A stretch of DNA of 64,000 nt from the NCBI GenBank assembly GCA_043228905.1, contig JBHGNT010000007.1, forward strand, positions 21,080,001 through 21,144,000. The letters run 5' to 3'. The translations under genes and the position numbers were made by a program. The stretch comes from Azolla caroliniana. Its lineage: Eukaryota; Plantae; Polypodiophyta. The notes under the pieces are model-generated. The model was not told the origin of the DNA. It worked only from the letters and a program-made list of their open reading frames with translations, and did not search any database. Position 1 is the first letter of the stretch, and every line of letters starts with the position of its first letter. Below are positions 59,730-64,000 of this stretch, one piece after another.

Positions 59730-61280
59730 TGTCATGGCGTCTTTTGACCGATAACATGCGTTACAACTATGAATAAAGTCATCAATAAAGCTACGGAGTT
59801 ATGAACACCAATATATTCGAGAAATTAACTCTAAAGTCTTGCGGGCTTGAAAATGTCCAACCATTAGAATGCCATGGTGTTGTTGTACGACTCATACATG
59901 ACACACGAATACATATATGCGTGTGCATTTTTTGTGTGGGAGAGAGATAACATGTGTGCGCACGCGTGTGTATAACAGACTTACACGCTTGTTTTTTGTA
60001 ATACATTATCCTTCCCTCGCGATCGCTCTTGCATATACACAAGCACACACACATGCATTTGTAGTGAGCGTTGTAGCTATAAGAATGAATCAGACGGAAG
60101 GCGTGGATAGTTGTTGTTGGCTAAATTGGAGAGGTAGTGATGGGGAGGGTTTGAGAAATGGTGCAAAACACCACAAACTTCTCGAGTTGTCGCCTCCTCT
60201 GACCCATTGGTAGCATGTAAACTCTTCTTCCGCGAACCATGCTTTAAGGCCCAAGGGATGGAGACACATTCATTCACTTCACTTCACTTCACTTCATGTC
60301 ATTTTGGACCGTTTAGAAAAGTAGGAGTGAGGAAATTTGAAAAAGCAAAAAGAGTAGGATCCCGCCCAAGAGAAAGAGCAAGAATATAAAAAAGAGCACA
60401 TGTTTTAAAAACAAAAGCACAAAAAAGCAGATAAAAAGCAAACAAAAAAGAAAAAGCATGTTATTAAAATAAAATAAAAGCAGAAGGTTAATTAATTCAT
60501 GAGACAAAATCATTCACATTTATTTACTCAATAAATTGGGATTTATTTTTATTAAAAAAATGGATCACAAGGTAAATAAAAAAACACACATATATTTGAG
60601 TATTGGAATTAGAAATAAAAATTAAAGAAAAACATTAAAATAAATAAGGTATATTATATATTACTTTTATATGTACATATTATTACATACTGAAAAAAGA
60701 GAAAGAAAAATTGAAGGAGAAAAAATGCACTATTTATCTTCATTTTAAATTGGAATTAAACTGGTTGAATATATTAAATTGAAACAAAATAAATCTAAAA
60801 TAAAATAGCTGAATTAGAAGTTAGTATTAAAATACATATATAAATTAATTAAAATAAAATATAAAATTAAACTAAATAATTTAAAATTAAATTGATAATT
60901 TATATAGTTAATTTGAATAAAGTAAAAATTAAATTAAAGCAAAAAAGCAGGGGGAAGGAAGTAAAAAGATCTGCAGCTACATTAATTCTTCACTAATTTC
61001 CTCTCTTTCTTCTTCTTCTTCCTCTTGTTTCTCTTTCAATCCTCCTCCTCTGTTTTCATCACTCCTTTTTCTCTGTTTTCTTCATTCTTTCTCTGTTTTC
61101 TCCTTCCCCTTCCCCTTTTTCTGTTTCTGTTTCTGTTACTTTTACCATTCAATCTCTCTATTTTTCCCACATATTTCCGAAACCCTGTTCCCCATCTATA
61201 ACTCTCCTCCTCTGTTTCCCACAATTCTGTCCAAATTCTCCTATGTTTTTCTAGGGACCTCTAATTCAGCAAGCAGCAGT

Positions 61281-61311
<31 letters not shown>

Positions 61312-61360
61312 CACAGAATTCCACCATATCCCCTCGCCTTTCCTCCCTTCCTTTTTTGCC

Positions 61361-64000
61361 ATGGCCAAAACCAAGGCTTTGCTCAAGAAGAAGAAGAAGG
61401 TGCTCGACTCTTACACCATCAGTGGCACCCACAAAACTGTCAAACGTAAGAAACAGGTTAACCACCGCCATTTTTTAGGGTTTCATCTTCTTTCTGTTTT
61501 TTAGTTTTTAATTTTTAGTTTTAAAAAAATACATATGTAGTGCCAAAATCATATCTTTTTGTCTTTAGAAACTCATAACCACACAAAAACAGGGTCTCTG
61601 TTTCGTTCTCTCTCTCTCTTTTTGCATTTCTCTTCAATATGCCAAAAGAATGCATGTTTTGAAGTACTATAGCAATTACAGTCTTCTATTACTTAATCTG
61701 TATGTGTATGTGTTCTTAAACCATCTATTGTGTTTCTTCTATAGCGGGAGATTGCATATTAATGCGTGCTCAGGAGGCAGACAGGCCACCATATGTAGCG
61801 AGATTAGAGAAGATAGAGGAGGATAGTAGGAAAAATGTTAGGGTTACGGTAAGGTGGTATTACAGGCCTGAAGACTCGATCGGAGGGCGGCGTCAATTCC
61901 ATGGTACCAAGGAATTGTTTCTGTCTGATCATGTCGACAATCAGAGTGCTGATACCATCGAGGCCAAATGCACTGTTCACACGTTCCGGAACTACACTAA
62001 GCTCGAGAGCGTCGGGAATGATGACTACTTTTGTCGATTCGAGTATAAAGCCTCCACGGGTGGTTTCACCCCTGATAGAGTTGCAGTGTAGGTTAATCCC
62101 CCTCCTCCCCCCCCCCCCCCTGTTCAATGATGATTTTATCACTACAATCATATTTGCACTTTTTTAGTTAATTATGTGTTAAAGCCTGCATTAAGAGATG
62201 AAATAGATTTAATTGTGCATAACTGGTTTTGCATTAATGATGTGTTTAAATCATGTATAAATGCGCATTACGCGAAACATAGACCCTGATTAGGATATGA
62301 GTATGGGTGTCGTCATGTATGCATCAATTATGGGCTAGGAATCAAATTAAGCCTAGAAATAAGTAGGATAAGCGAGTGGATGGCCATAAGTGTGCATTAG
62401 TTCTGCAAATATGTACTAAAGGCGTGCATTAAGAGATGAAATAGATTTAATTGTGCATAACTGGTTTTGCATTAATGATGTGTTTAAATCTTGTATAAAT
62501 GCGCATTACGCGAAACATAGACCCTGATTAGGATATGAGTATGGGTGTCGTCATGTATGCATCAATTATGGGCTAGGAATCAAATTAAGCCTAGAAATAA
62601 GTAGGATAAGCGAGTGGATGGCCATAAGTGTGCATTAGTTCTGCAAATATGTACTAAAGGCGTGCATTAAGAGATGAAATAGATTTAATTGTGCATAACT
62701 GGTTTTGCATTAATGATGTGTTTAAATCTTGTATAAATGCGCATTACGCGAAACATAGGCCCTGATTAGGATATGAGTATGGGTGTCGTCATGTATGCAT
62801 CAATTATGGACTAGGAATCAAATTAAGCCTAGAAATAAGTAGGATAAGCGAGTGGATGGCCATAAGTGTGCATTAGTTCTGCAAATATGTACTAAAGGCG
62901 TGCATTAAGAAATGAAATAGATTTAATTGTGCATAACTGGTTTTGCATTAATGATCTGTTTAAATCATGTATAAATGTGCATTAGCCTATTTATAGGCCC
63001 TGATTAGGATATGAGTATGGGAATTGTTAAGTATGCATCAATTATGGGCTAGAATAAGCAAGTGGATGTCTATAAGTGTGCATTACTTCTGCACTAGGAG
63101 TCAGAATCAAGGCTGAAGATAGGCAATATTAGCAAATAGGCGTCCATAAGTAATGCATTGATTATGCATTGGGAGAAGATATTAACAAGTAGTTGTCCGC
63201 GAGCGTGCATTGCTTATGCATTGGGGATCAAATTAAGGCTAGAGATAGGCACAATTAACAAGTGGATATATGTAAATGTGCATCAATTTATTAGGACCGA
63301 GTCTTGTTACAGAAAATGATCATCTGATTTCTCACAAATTGCTCTCCTTGCATCCACAGATATTGTATATGTGAGATGCCATACAATCCTGACGACTTGA
63401 TGGTACAATGTGAAGGATGTAAGGACTGGTAATGTGCCATCGACACACTTTCTGATTTTGCCAAATGTTTTCACGAGTTTTTAGAACAACATTCATATGA
63501 CTTGCCATCCATGTATGTAGCCTTGTTGAAATTTATTGCATTATTGGTTAATTGGACATGAAAAAGATTCAAATCACATTTTGTTTGTAAGTTAACGAGA
63601 GAAATTATTCACTGGTGTTTTAGCCAACCTTGGTGGTTTGTTGCCACGTATGTACAGATACATGACACTTCTTGATTGTATTTAATGGCATTGTGTCAAT
63701 AAAAATCAGAGAGAACTGAGTATTTTCTAATATTTTGGGATCTATCTGGGCATGGGAATTAGATTAAATGCTAGAATATATTCCAACAATGGATCGATGT
63801 ATTGCTTTTTGAACTCTTCAGGAAGATGAGAGCATGTACTTGGGTCTCTCATCCAAAACAAGAAGCAAGTATGATTTCATAATATGTATGTTACAGGTTC
63901 CATCCAACTTGTATGGACATGAGCACAGACCAGATTAAAAAGCTGGAGCATTTTCACTGTCCCGAGTGCAAACAAAAGGATGTGCACAAAAAAGTCGTGG
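61361..64000 (+). CDS. EBS: EBS/SHL-family BAH-PHD chromatin reader; exons 61361-61445, 61745-62087, 63360-63428, 63897->64000 (runs off the window)
   Basis: GT-AG introns splice in frame to [146 protein letters not shown] and SHL cannot be told apart by eye. Confidence 0.95.
62187..63095. repeat. 238-bp tandem repeat (~3.8 copies) in intron 2 of the EBS/SHL gene
   Basis: tgcattaaga(g/a)atgaaatagatttaattgtgc starts at 62187, 62425, 62663 and 62901. The first three copies are nearly identical. Confidence 0.95.

Noticed and set aside
61762-62091. 109-aa stand-alone BAH protein
   Set aside because: It is exon 2 of the spliced EBS/SHL gene.

Overview
Eukaryotic, repeat-dense land-plant DNA, probably from a non-seed plant such as a fern, lycophyte or bryophyte (inferred from the TE families, not proven). 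About 60 kb is a nested cluster of decayed LTR retrotransposons. It holds two structurally complete Ty1/Copia elements with 5-bp TSDs (2886-8662, 45224-50367), a recombinant-looking Copia (17653-23243), many Copia fragments, a non-chromovirus Gypsy with an extra, apparently spliced 3' gene, a tRNA-Trp-primed Gypsy lineage with a nested gag-only (TR-GAG-like) derivative, several solo LTRs, hAT remnants and a 5'-truncated LINE. The only clear host gene is an EBS/SHL-family BAH-PHD chromatin reader starting at 61361 and running off the right edge. The most unusual item is an intron-containing, truncated and pseudogenised gene for a bacterial-type beta-class N4-cytosine/N6-adenine DNA methyltransferase at 51190-51928 on the minus strand. 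All coordinates were read by eye; no database searches were run.
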